Shown: in pieces, positions 16,557 to 24,919 of the stretch
How positions within the stretch are numbered: the first letter of the stretch is position 1
Layout of the letters: every line of letters begins with the position of its first letter
NCBI RefSeq assembly: GCF_000025925.1
Contig: NC_014033.1
Location: 2,040,001-2,072,000 of the forward strand
Length of the DNA: 32,000 nucleotides
Source: Xylanibacter ruminicola 23
GTDB lineage: Bacteria > Bacteroidota > Bacteroidia > Bacteroidales > Bacteroidaceae
Reading direction: 5' to 3'
The notes under the pieces: generated by a model
Told to the model about the DNA's origin: nothing
The model's input: the letters and a program-made list of their open reading frames with translations, nothing else
The model's database searches: none
Translations under genes and position numbers: made by a program

Positions 16557-18017
16557 ATTTCTTCCCGCGTCAATACGTAGGAAGATAAACAGCAGCAGGG
16601 TGAAGCCCCACAGCGACGAACCACCATAGCTGAAGAATGGCAATGGGATACCGATAACCGGCGTAAGTCCTAATACCATGCCCACATTGATAAACACATG
16701 GAACAGGAAGATACTCACCACACAATAGCCATACACACGTCCGAACCTGTGTACCTGACGTTCGGCCAGGTGTATCAGGCGCCATATCAGCGCCAGGAAC
16801 AGCAGCAGTACGCCTGCTGAGCCCACAAAACCCTCTTCCTCGCCTACAGTACAGAAGATAAAGTCGGTATCCTGTTCAGGCACGTATTTCAGTTTGGTTT
16901 GTGTACCATTCAAAAAGCCTTTTCCTTGCAGTCCACCCGATCCGATGGCAATCTCACTCTGGTGTACGTTATAACCAGCACCCTTCAGGTCCTCCTCCAG
17001 TCCCAACAGCACGTTAATACGCACACGCTGGTGGGGTTCCAGCACATGGTTCAGCGCATAGTCAGCCACGTTATAGAACATCAGCGAGCCCACAGCGAAG
17101 GCTGTAATCCAAAGATAGTTACGCAGGCGTGTAGCCAGGAATCGGTATAGCAGATAACCTATCAGCACCGCACACAGCGCCATCTCTACGTAATTCAGGT
17201 CAAAGGGGATAATCAGCAAGCTGAAGACGAGTGCCACCAGGGTAGCGCCCAGTCCTATCAGCGCCATGCGTATGGTGTCGCGCTTATCGTTACAGTACAC
17301 ATACACCAGTCCGATTGAGAACAGCTGCACCATCAGCAGCACAGCAAATTTTCCCACCGATGTTGGCGTATATACCATCATGGTATCTGCATAGCGTATG
17401 CCCACCACAAAGTACACCACCATGGCCACACCTGTAAACAGGATACTGCCAGGCATACCCTCGCGATACAGCATCAGGAAGAACGACAAATATACCAGTG
17501 CCGAACCAGTCTCACGCTGCAGCACGATAAACAGCATAGGCACAAAGATCACACCCAGCACCAGGGCAAAATCCTTCCATTTGGCTATAGTAAAACCATA
17601 GGTATTCATCAGTTTCGCCAAAGCCAACGCCGTAGCAAACTTAGCAAACTCAGCTGGTTGCAGTCGTATGGGTCCCAACACCAGCCACGATCGGGAGCCC
17701 TTGATACTATGCGGATTAAAGATGGTTCCGAATAGCAGTAGTAGCATGATGCCGAATATAATATAGGCAAACATATCCAGATAGCGGTCGTCGAGCATCA
17801 GGATGACGAAGCCCAACACAATCGAGGTACCAATCCACACAATCTGCATACCCGAACGGGTATCCAGACTAAACAGGTCGGTCTCGCCATAGCTGTAGCT
17901 GGCACCACACACACTCACCCATCCAAAGGTCAGCAGGGCGATGTAAATGATAATCGTCCAGTAATCGAGCGAGCGAATCACTCCTTTTTCTTTTCTGTTA
18001 CCTATCGCCTGCGCCAT
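16542..18017 (-). CDS. rodA: rod shape-determining protein RodA (SEDS family)
   Basis: 491-aa polytopic membrane ORF with FtsW/RodA blocks (PAEFAKF, DTDFIF, EEEGFVG, TGIPLPFFSYGGSS). Confidence 0.92.
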   Translation of the reverse strand: MAQAIGNRKEKGVIRSLDYWTIIIYIALLTFGWVSVCGASYSYGETDLFSLDTRSGMQIVWIGTSIVLGFVILMLDDRYLDMFAYIIFGIMLLLLFGTIFNPHSIKGSRSWLVLGPIRLQPAEFAKFATALALAKLMNTYGFTIAKWKDFALVLGVIFVPMLFIVLQRETGSALVYLSFFLMLYREGMPGSILFTGVAMVVYFVVGIRYADTMMVYTPTSVGKFAVLLMVQLFSIGLVYVYCNDKRDTIRMALIGLGATLVALVFSLLIIPFDLNYVEMALCAVLIGYLLYRFLATRLRNYLWITAFAVGSLMFYNVADYALNHVLEPHQRVRINVLLGLEEDLKGAGYNVHQSEIAIGSGGLQGKGFLNGTQTKLKYVPEQDTDFIFCTVGEEEGFVGSAGVLLLFLALIWRLIHLAERQVHRFGRVYGYCVVSIFLFHVFINVGMVLGLTPVIGIPLPFFSYGGSSLWGFTLLLFIFLRIDAGRNLLRN

Positions 18018-19857
18018 ATGCTATTCTGCGTTCCTGAATACTCTTGGCCTTAGCAATGCTGGCCTCCGAGAGTTTACCTTTTAAATATTTCTCCATAATC
18101 AAACCGCCGATGGGCACACCGTAGGTGGCACCCCATCCACCGTTCTCAACATACACGGCTACAGCGATTTTCGGGTTCTCCATGGGTGCAAACCCCATAA
18201 ATACCGAGTGGTCGTGTCCGCGGTTCTGGGCAGTACCCGTTTTACCGCAGGCATTAAAATCGTATTTGCCTAACTCCTTACACGTACCGCCTAATACCGA
18301 TGAGCGCATACCCTGCACCACATAGTCGTAGGCCTCTTTGCTGGCCTTGGTATAATGCTTGCGGGTGTAAAGCGTATCAAGTGGCTGTCCCTGCACGTTC
18401 TTTACCACATGGGGCACCAGATAATAACCACGATTGGCAATGGTAGCACCCAGGTTGGCAATCTGCAGTGGTGTGGCATTCACCTCACCCTGACCAATGG
18501 CGATAGAGATGATGGTGAGTCCGTTCCACGAACCCTTGTAGGCCTTATCGTAGAACATGGCATTAGGTATCAGTCCGCGTTTCTCACCAGGCAGGTCGAT
18601 ACCCAGACGATAACCGAATCCCATCGATACCATATAGTCACGCCAGGTGTTCATAGCGTTCTGTACCGAGCCATATTTGCTCACATTGGTATTAATCATG
18701 TGATACAGTCCCCAGCAGAAGTAACCGTTACACGATGTACTCAGGGCAGGTACCAAAGGCAGTGGTGCCGCATGTCCATGACAGCCCACGTGCAGGCCTT
18801 TGAAGTTAAATCCATGCGAACAGGGATACATGGTGTGCGAGTTGATGATACCCTCGGTCATAAACGTCAGTCCCTGGGTGGTCTTGAAGGTTGAGCCTGG
18901 TGGATACTGTCCCATGATGGCACGGTTCAACAGTGGTTTCCACACATCCTGCGACAGGGCACGATGGTTCTTACTGCGCAGTCGTCCTACCATCTGTCGC
19001 GGGTCGTACGTAGGCGATGATACCATACACAGCACCTCGCCAGTAGCAGGTTCGATGGCCACGATAGCACCAATCTTACCCTCCATCAGGCGCTCGCCTA
19101 AGGCTTGCAGCTCAGCATCAATACCCAGCGTCAGGTTCTTACCAGGGATGGCACGCTGGTCGAGTGCACCATTCTGATAACGTCCCTGGATACGTCCATG
19201 GGCATCGCGCAACAATATCTGTATACCTTTCTGTCCACGTAGTTCTTTCTCGTACGAGCGCTCTATACCCAACTTGCCGATATAGTCGCCAGGCTGGTAG
19301 TACTCATCCTCCTCGATATCGCCAGGCGACACCTCGGCCACATCACCCAACACGTGCGCACCCATATTATAGGTATATTGGCGCACACTGCGCTTCTGAA
19401 TATAAAAACCTGGGAAACGGTACATCTTTTCCTGGAACACACTAAAGTCCTTATCGCTCAGCTGACTCATAAACAGCTGCTCGGTAAAGCGCGAATAACC
19501 AGGATTCTTACTGCGGTCTTTGATGGTGGCCATGCGACGGTCGAACTCCTCCTTGGTAATACCCAAGGCTGTACAGAAGTCGAGGGTGTCCAAACGGTCC
19601 TTCATCTCGTTCATCACCACCATGATATCGTACGATGGCTGGTTATACACCAGCAGCTTACCCCTGCGATCCAAGATGGCACCTCGCGAAGGGTATTCTA
19701 TTTTTTTCAGGAAAGCGTTCGAGTCGGCACTCTTCTTGTAGTCATCACTTGTAATCTGGAGCATAAACAAACGGATGATGTAGATGAACACAATCAGTGC
19801 GGCCACCCCAGCAATCACGTATTTACGGTATTCCAGATCAAAGTCTTTCTGCTTCAC
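17998..19857 (-). CDS. mrdA: penicillin-binding protein 2 (elongasome transpeptidase)
   Basis: 619-aa ORF with one N-terminal TM segment and transpeptidase motifs STFK, SCN and KTGTA. It overlaps the rodA start by 20 nt. Confidence 0.95.
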   Translation of the reverse strand: MKQKDFDLEYRKYVIAGVAALIVFIYIIRLFMLQITSDDYKKSADSNAFLKKIEYPSRGAILDRRGKLLVYNQPSYDIMVVMNEMKDRLDTLDFCTALGITKEEFDRRMATIKDRSKNPGYSRFTEQLFMSQLSDKDFSVFQEKMYRFPGFYIQKRSVRQYTYNMGAHVLGDVAEVSPGDIEEDEYYQPGDYIGKLGIERSYEKELRGQKGIQILLRDAHGRIQGRYQNGALDQRAIPGKNLTLGIDAELQALGERLMEGKIGAIVAIEPATGEVLCMVSSPTYDPRQMVGRLRSKNHRALSQDVWKPLLNRAIMGQYPPGSTFKTTQGLTFMTEGIINSHTMYPCSHGFNFKGLHVGCHGHAAPLPLVPALSTSCNGYFCWGLYHMINTNVSKYGSVQNAMNTWRDYMVSMGFGYRLGIDLPGEKRGLIPNAMFYDKAYKGSWNGLTIISIAIGQGEVNATPLQIANLGATIANRGYYLVPHVVKNVQGQPLDTLYTRKHYTKASKEAYDYVVQGMRSSVLGGTCKELGKYDFNACGKTGTAQNRGHDHSVFMGFAPMENPKIAVAVYVENGGWGATYGVPIGGLIMEKYLKGKLSEASIAKAKSIQERRIAYGAGDR

Positions 19858-20354
19858 CGGCTTCTAACACTTTCTACGGCCAGTATCAGTACCATCGTAA
19901 GCACAAAGCTGATGACCGATCGGGCCAACCATAACAGCACATCAAAAAAGTTAAACGCCTCGAGTGCGAAGAACACCAGACAGTACAGCAGTGTCAGCAG
20001 GGCGCTTAACGTTACAAACTTAGTGAGCCCCAGCACTTTGGCCGATGCCTCCAGGTCTTCGGCCGAGTCGCGTGGTGCAACCAGTTCAATCAGGTATGTC
20101 TGTGCCAGTGCCACCAGTGTCATTGTGCTGGCAGCCAGTCCTGGCGTATTCGAGAACACATCAATCAGCAGTCCTAACAGGAAGCACGATACCAGTACCA
20201 GCCACTTAGGGAAGTTACGACGGAAGGTGATGGCAAAGTATACATACAACAGCGGTGTGCCCACGCCTAACAGGTGTACATGGTTCAGGATGAGCACCTG
20301 AGCCACAAACAGGGCCACAAACATCACCAGTCGGTTTATCAATTCAATCTTCAT
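19854..20354 (-). CDS. mreD: rod shape-determining protein MreD
   Basis: 166-aa hydrophobic ORF between mreC and mrdA, overlapping the mrdA start by 4 nt. Confidence 0.85.
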   Translation of the reverse strand: MKIELINRLVMFVALFVAQVLILNHVHLLGVGTPLLYVYFAITFRRNFPKWLVLVSCFLLGLLIDVFSNTPGLAASTMTLVALAQTYLIELVAPRDSAEDLEASAKVLGLTKFVTLSALLTLLYCLVFFALEAFNFFDVLLWLARSVISFVLTMVLILAVESVRSR

Positions 20355-20358
20355 AGTG

Positions 20359-21228
20359 CTACTGTCGCTGTTTAAAACTGATTGAGTCGCGGGCAGCCTG
20401 CATCAGTGCAGCACGCTCGGCTATACTCTTATCACTGATTACCACCACATCACGCAGGTTACCAAAGTCGGTACTCAGGCGCACCTTCAGCTTGTAACTC
20501 AAACCATCGCTCGAGTTATAAACCTGTTCAATCTTACCTACCTGCACACCCGATGGGAAGATACTCGAGAAGCCGCTGGTTACCATCCACTCGCCCAAGT
20601 TAAACTTGGCGTGGCGTGGCACATCCTCCACATAAGCCACCGATGGGTCGCCACCATACCAGTGCAGATAGCCAAAGTAGCCACGGTTACGAATGCTACA
20701 GCTGATACGCGACGAGGCAGCGTTCAAGGCCGAGATAACCACCGAATAGTGGTCGCTCACCAAGTAAACAACACCTACCACGCCATTACCGCATGCCACA
20801 CCCATATCGGGCTCTACACCATCCTTACGTCCTTTATCGATGGTAATCAGGTTCTCAGCCTTGTGTATGGAGTTCTCAACCACCTTGGCGGGTATCAGCT
20901 GGTAATTACTCAGGAAAGCCAGCTCCTCGCGCTCAGCGGCAGTCGTGTCCTTGGTGGCCTCGGCATACAGGCGTCGCAACTGGTCAAGCTGTCGCTCCTG
21001 ATAGATGTTACGCAGGGTCAGCTGTTCGTTCAGCTCGGCCATGGCCATATAGCTGGTCAGCTTGCTCTCCATCTCGTACACTTTGCCTGCCACGGCATTG
21101 GCACTTGTAAACCACACACTATTCTGATAACTGTTGTACTTAAACAACAGAACAACACTGACTACTTCGAGTAATACGAAAACTAGCCAGTGATGATACT
21201 TGTATAGGAAATCCAGCAGATTGCGCAT
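20359..21228 (-). CDS. mreC: rod shape-determining protein MreC
   Basis: 289-aa ORF with an N-terminal TM segment, a coiled-coil region and a beta-rich C-terminal domain. It sits between mreB and mreD. Confidence 0.9.
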   Translation of the reverse strand: MRNLLDFLYKYHHWLVFVLLEVVSVVLLFKYNSYQNSVWFTSANAVAGKVYEMESKLTSYMAMAELNEQLTLRNIYQERQLDQLRRLYAEATKDTTAAEREELAFLSNYQLIPAKVVENSIHKAENLITIDKGRKDGVEPDMGVACGNGVVGVVYLVSDHYSVVISALNAASSRISCSIRNRGYFGYLHWYGGDPSVAYVEDVPRHAKFNLGEWMVTSGFSSIFPSGVQVGKIEQVYNSSDGLSYKLKVRLSTDFGNLRDVVVISDKSIAERAALMQAARDSISFKQRQ

Positions 21229-21249
21229 CGGCCCAAACTACCTTATTGA

Positions 21250-22272
21250 TTATCGCATCAAGAAATTAAATCTATCGATATTCTTCAGTGCAATGCCGGC
21301 ACCCTTAGCAACACTGTGCAAGGGATCCTCGGGCACGTGGAATGGGATATGCATCTTGTCGGTCAAACGACGGTCCAAGCCACGCAGCAAGGCGCCACCA
21401 CCTGAGAGATAGATACCATTCTTCACGATATCGGCATACAGCTCTGGGGGCGTATTCTCGAGCGCTGAGAGTACAGCGTTCTCGATCTTGGCCACAGTCT
21501 TATCCAGACAGTGAGCAATCTCCTGATAGCATACAGGCACCTCCATAGGCAGGGCTGTAATACGGTTTGGTCCGTGAACGATAAAGTCCTCAGGAGCCTC
21601 GTCACCCAGGTCGGTCAGAGCCGAACCTACGTTAATCTTAATACGCTCAGCCATACGCTCTGAAACCTTCACGTTGTGCTGACGGTACATATACTCCTGG
21701 ATATCAGCTGTCAGGTCGTCACCAGCAGTACGGATCGAGTTGTTAGATACGATACCACCCAGTGAGATCACAGCAATCTCGGTAGAACCACCACCGATAT
21801 CAACAATCATGTTACCCTCTGGTGCCTCTACATCAATACCAATACCGATAGCAGCAGCCATAGGCTCAAAAATCAGGTAAACATCGCGTCCGTCAGCATG
21901 CTCAGCTGAGTCGCGTACAGCACGCAGCTCTACCTCGGTAGAACCCGAAGGAACGCCAATCACCATACGCAGTGAAGGCGAGAACAGGCGACTACCTGTG
22001 TGTACCATCTTAATCAGTCCACGCATCATCTGCTCGCAAGCCGAGAAGTCGGCGATCACACCATCGCGCAGTGGACGGATAGTACGTATATTCTCATGAG
22101 TCTTCTCATACATCATCTTCGCCTCGTTACCTACAGCAATCATCTTGTCGGTACGGCGATCCAAAGCCACAACCGAAGGCTCATCTACCACAATCTTATC
22201 ATCGCTGATAATGATGGTGTTGGCAGTGCCAAGGTCCATGGCAATTTCCTGTACGAAACTAAAAAATCCCAT
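21250..22272 (-). CDS. mreB: rod shape-determining protein MreB (actin-like ATPase)
   Basis: 340-aa ORF with the DLGTANT, DIGGGSTE and LSGGGALLRGLD motifs. Confidence 0.97.
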   Translation of the reverse strand: MGFFSFVQEIAMDLGTANTIIISDDKIVVDEPSVVALDRRTDKMIAVGNEAKMMYEKTHENIRTIRPLRDGVIADFSACEQMMRGLIKMVHTGSRLFSPSLRMVIGVPSGSTEVELRAVRDSAEHADGRDVYLIFEPMAAAIGIGIDVEAPEGNMIVDIGGGSTEIAVISLGGIVSNNSIRTAGDDLTADIQEYMYRQHNVKVSERMAERIKINVGSALTDLGDEAPEDFIVHGPNRITALPMEVPVCYQEIAHCLDKTVAKIENAVLSALENTPPELYADIVKNGIYLSGGGALLRGLDRRLTDKMHIPFHVPEDPLHSVAKGAGIALKNIDRFNFLMR

Positions 22273-22273
22273 A

Positions 22274-22315
22274 TATTAATGTTCAATGTTCAATATTCAA
22301 TGTTCAATGTTTATT
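22274..22315. repeat. tandem heptamer array GTTCAAT (about 6 units) at the purH-mreB junction
   Basis: TATTAAT GTTCAAT GTTCAAT ATTCAAT GTTCAAT GTTTATT fills the 38-bp spacer and runs into the purH stop (22311-22313). Confidence 0.75.
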
Positions 22316-22913
22316 TGGCTGTTTTCTCAAACCAAGCGTTGATAGCAGTATCGTAGTGGCTGCTTACGCCAAAGGCGCGAGTAGCAAACATACGGCGATC
22401 CTCAATATCAGTCTGTGCACCCTTCTTGTTCAGGATGTCGAGCAGCACGCTGTACTCAGCCTTGCTGGGCACGATAACCACATCCTTAAAGTTCTTGGCT
22501 CCAGCACGGATCAGTGAAATACCACCGATATCAATCTTCTCAATGATATCAGCCTCGCTGGCACCGCTGGCCACAGTCTGCTCAAATGGGTAGAGGTCAA
22601 CAATCACCAGGTCAATCTCTGGAATCTCGTACTTCTTCATCTGCTCCTGATCGCCCTCATTGTCGCGACGTCCCAGAATACCTCCAAACACCTTTGGATG
22701 CAGAGTCTTTACACGTCCACCCAGGATTGATGGGTAAGTGGTAACATCCTCGACCTTCTGACACTCATAACCAAGTGATTCGATAAACTGCTGTGTTCCA
22801 CCAGTCGACAGGAACTTTACGCCCTCGGCGTTCAACTTCTTCAAAAGCTCATCCAGTCCGTCCTTGTGGAAAACAGACACCAATGCGGTCTTAATCTTCT
22901 TAATTTCAGCCAT
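22311..22913 (-). CDS. purH: IMP cyclohydrolase (MGS-like N-terminal domain of PurH only; no AICAR transformylase domain)
   Basis: 200-aa ORF (ALVSVFHKDGL...STGGT...VKTLHPKVFGGIL...DLVIVDLYPF...IDIGGISLIRAGAKNF...SSHYDTAINAWF). It stops about where the PurH/ATIC IMPCH domain ends, and mreB starts 38 bp later. Confidence 0.85.
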   Translation of the reverse strand: MAEIKKIKTALVSVFHKDGLDELLKKLNAEGVKFLSTGGTQQFIESLGYECQKVEDVTTYPSILGGRVKTLHPKVFGGILGRRDNEGDQEQMKKYEIPEIDLVIVDLYPFEQTVASGASEADIIEKIDIGGISLIRAGAKNFKDVVIVPSKAEYSVLLDILNKKGAQTDIEDRRMFATRAFGVSSHYDTAINAWFEKTAK

Positions 22914-22952
22914 TTTTTATCCTTATAACGTTATAAATATAAATTTTGGGTG

Positions 22953-22960
22953 CAAAGGTA
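22953..22960 (-). promoter_or_regulatory. -7 box (TAccTTTG) for the purH-mreBCD-mrdA-rodA operon
   Basis: The plus strand reads GTGCAAAGGTAC. It lies 40 nt upstream of ATG 22913. Confidence 0.5.
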
Positions 22961-22961
22961 C

Positions 22962-23015
22962 AAAAAGAAAACGGATTAACCTCAATTTCTCGGCGAAATT
23001 TTCAGATTAATCCGT
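22962..23015 (-). terminator. intrinsic terminator after the asnA-lipoprotein unit
   Basis: The minus strand reads ACGGATTAA-tctgaa-AATTTC-gccga-GAAATT-gagg-TTAATCCGT followed by TTTCTTTTTG. It starts 21 nt after the stop at 23037. Confidence 0.6.
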
Positions 23016-23036
23016 GTTAAAAATATGATAGGTCAA

Positions 23037-23561
23037 TTATTTCAGCGTAAAATTGCGCACCCACTCCTTCATGGGCTCTACAGCTTCGCTGTGTTCGGGC
23101 TTGTATCTCAGCATCACGGTTACCAGACGTATGGTGCCATCTTCAAGCACCTTACCATAGTAATCCCATTCTTCGTCCGAGCCCTCCTGTATGCTGTAGT
23201 CATCCCCTACCTCAACCAAGTCGGCCCCCATGGCCAACATCAGCTGACTGGCAGGTCGATGATTGCCTGTGAGCGAGTCAACCATTACCGATATACTCAT
23301 CTCGTCGGCCATCAGCACCTCTTGGTTAGGCTCCTCGGGCAGATCCTGCAGGTATAGGAACGAGGGGTAGTTAATATCGAGACCTAGTTTCTCGCTGTGA
23401 TATTTCAGCAAGTCCCACTGCCCCATGCGTATGGTCAAACTGTCGCTGCTGGTCAGCTCTGTACCGCCATAAGCCCTAGGCTGCCGCTGTCCGCCACAAG
23501 CGCCCAGCATACCCGCCATCAAGCCAGCTATCACCCAACACCTAACACCCTTCATCAACAT
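23037..23561 (-). CDS. hypothetical lipoprotein
   Basis: 174-aa ORF with a signal peptide and lipobox (AGLMAGMLGAC-GG). I recognise no family. Confidence 0.75.
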   Translation of the reverse strand: MLMKGVRCWVIAGLMAGMLGACGGQRQPRAYGGTELTSSDSLTIRMGQWDLLKYHSEKLGLDINYPSFLYLQDLPEEPNQEVLMADEMSISVMVDSLTGNHRPASQLMLAMGADLVEVGDDYSIQEGSDEEWDYYGKVLEDGTIRLVTVMLRYKPEHSEAVEPMKEWVRNFTLK

Positions 23562-23579
23562 TAATGTTTAATGTTTAAT
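23559..23579. repeat. tandem heptamer array (CATTAAT GTTTAAT GTTTAAT) at the asnA-lipoprotein junction
   Basis: Fills the 23-bp spacer. The first unit contains the lipoprotein start codon (cat 23559-23561). Its 3' flank GTTTAATGTAC is identical to that of the array at 6232-6242. Confidence 0.55.
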
Positions 23580-23584
23580 GTACA

Positions 23585-24622
23585 TCAAATCAGGTTCATG
23601 CCCAGTGCCTTGCACTGCTTACGCATCTCCTCAGGCCAGATACTTGCCTGAATCTCACCAATATGGCCCTTATGCAGCAGCACCATACACAGACGGCTCT
23701 GTCCGATACCACCACCAATACTCAGTGGCAGCTTATCGTTCAGCAGCTGCTGGTGGAAGTAAAGCTGCTCGCGCTCCTCCTTGCCTTCCAGCTTCAACTG
23801 GCGCAGCAGACTCTCCTTATCTACACGGATACCCATGCTCGACAGCTCAAAGCTTCTACCCAGCACAGGGTACCAGATCAGGATATCACCATTCAGTCCG
23901 GCACGTCCGTCCTCAGCAATGGTGCTCCAGTCGTCATAGTCTGGTGCACGTCCGTCGTGCTTCTTACCATCACTCAGTTTACCGCCGATACCAATCACAA
24001 ATACAGCGCCATACTTCTCGCAGATAGCATCCTCACGCTCCTTGGACGTCTTACCAGGATACATCTCCACCAGCTCCTCAGCATGTACAAAATGTATCTT
24101 CTCAGGCAGGAATGGTTTGATCTGTGGATAGGTCTCACAAGTCAGATACTCTGTACGGCGGATAGCAGCGTAGATACGCTCCACGATATTCTTCAGGAAT
24201 GCCAGGGTGCGATCCTCCTTACGGATTACAGCCTCCCAGTCCCACTGGTCCACGTACAGCGAGTGCAGGTTGTCCAGCTCCTCATCAGCACGGATAGCGT
24301 TCATATCGGTATAGATACCATAGCCAGGCTCAATCTTGTACTCAGCCAAGCTCAAGCGCTTCCATTTAGCCAGCGAGTGTACCACCTCGGCCTTGGCATC
24401 ACCCAGATCCTTGATGGGGAAGCTCACAGGGCGCTCCACACCATTCAGGTCGTCGTTAATACCCAATCCTTTCAGCACAAACAGTGGCGCTGTTACACGT
24501 CTCAATCTCAGTTCTGTCGACAGGTTCTGCTGAAAGAACTCTTTTATCAGTTTAATACCCTGTTCCGTCTGCTTCATATCCAGCAGCGGTTCGTACATCA
24601 CGGGTTTAATTACTTGTCCCAT
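23585..24622 (-). CDS. asnA: aspartate--ammonia ligase (asparagine synthetase A)
   Basis: 345-aa ORF with an AsnA-type class-II-synthetase-like fold pattern (RVTAPLFV..., ...GGGIGQSRLCM...). Confidence 0.93.
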   Translation of the reverse strand: MGQVIKPVMYEPLLDMKQTEQGIKLIKEFFQQNLSTELRLRRVTAPLFVLKGLGINDDLNGVERPVSFPIKDLGDAKAEVVHSLAKWKRLSLAEYKIEPGYGIYTDMNAIRADEELDNLHSLYVDQWDWEAVIRKEDRTLAFLKNIVERIYAAIRRTEYLTCETYPQIKPFLPEKIHFVHAEELVEMYPGKTSKEREDAICEKYGAVFVIGIGGKLSDGKKHDGRAPDYDDWSTIAEDGRAGLNGDILIWYPVLGRSFELSSMGIRVDKESLLRQLKLEGKEEREQLYFHQQLLNDKLPLSIGGGIGQSRLCMVLLHKGHIGEIQASIWPEEMRKQCKALGMNLI

Positions 24623-24649
24623 TTTAATCGTTTATGATAATTTTGCGTG

Positions 24650-24657
24650 CAAAGGTA
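24650..24657 (-). promoter_or_regulatory. -7 box (TAccTTTG) for asnA
   Basis: The plus strand reads GTGCAAAGGTAC. It lies 28 nt upstream of ATG 24622. Confidence 0.5.
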
Positions 24658-24759
24658 CACATTTTTATCAAATATGCAAGCAAAATTGAGATTATTTTTG
24701 CAAAATGACACAAATACATTGATTATTACTATCTATTTGACACCTGACACCAAAACAAA

Positions 24760-24800
24760 TAAAGAAACACAAAAGGGCGCGCGCCTCACGGCGCACGCCC
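24760..24800 (-). terminator. strong intrinsic terminator (orphan; no annotated gene upstream)
   Basis: The minus strand reads GGGCGUGCGCC-GUGA-GGCGCGCGCCC, an 11-bp GC stem. Its single non-Watson-Crick pair is G-U on the minus-strand RNA but C-A on the plus-strand RNA. It is followed by UUUUGUGUUUCUUUAUUUGUUUUGG. Confidence 0.7.
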
Positions 24801-24914
24801 CTTCAGATATCAAAAAATTAATGGACTGATAGATCTTTATAGAAGATAAACTTCCTACTTTTTTGCTTTTTTTCTACTATACTTTGATTAATACTAAACA
24901 CCCAATCTATTTTC
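24765..24914 (-). ncRNA. candidate small RNA of about 150 nt (or terminated leader upstream of asnA)
   Basis: Bounded by the -7 box at 24920-24927 and the terminator at 24775-24800. It is A-rich and contains no ATG. The ends are estimates. Confidence 0.35.
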
Positions 24915-24919
24915 ACGTG

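Noticed and set aside
19354-20301. 315-aa plus-strand ORF.
   Set aside because: It is antisense to mrdA and mreD, crosses their junction, and has a low-complexity H/T/S/R-rich sequence. The same verdict applies to 12100-12666, 13935-14486, 20611-21174, 10739-11218 and 28266-28811.
23663-24637. 324-aa plus-strand ORF, the longest unannotated ORF.
   Set aside because: It lies almost exactly opposite asnA, which has unmistakable AsnA sequence. The antisense product is Q/L/T/H-rich with no motifs. Long antisense frames opposite highly expressed genes are common.
24647-24829. 60-aa plus-strand ORF in the nuoN-asnA intergenic region.
   Set aside because: It starts inside the asnA promoter, runs through the terminator hairpin, has no upstream -7 box in a suitable position, and has a low-complexity sequence.
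24818-24901. 27-codon GTG-initiated ORF (VFSINQSIVEKKQKSRKFIFYKDLSVH) inside the candidate sRNA.
   Set aside because: It has a non-ATG start about 12 nt from the predicted TSS, no supporting signal, and codons dominated by the A-rich composition. A small basic peptide cannot be excluded without Ribo-seq or conservation data.
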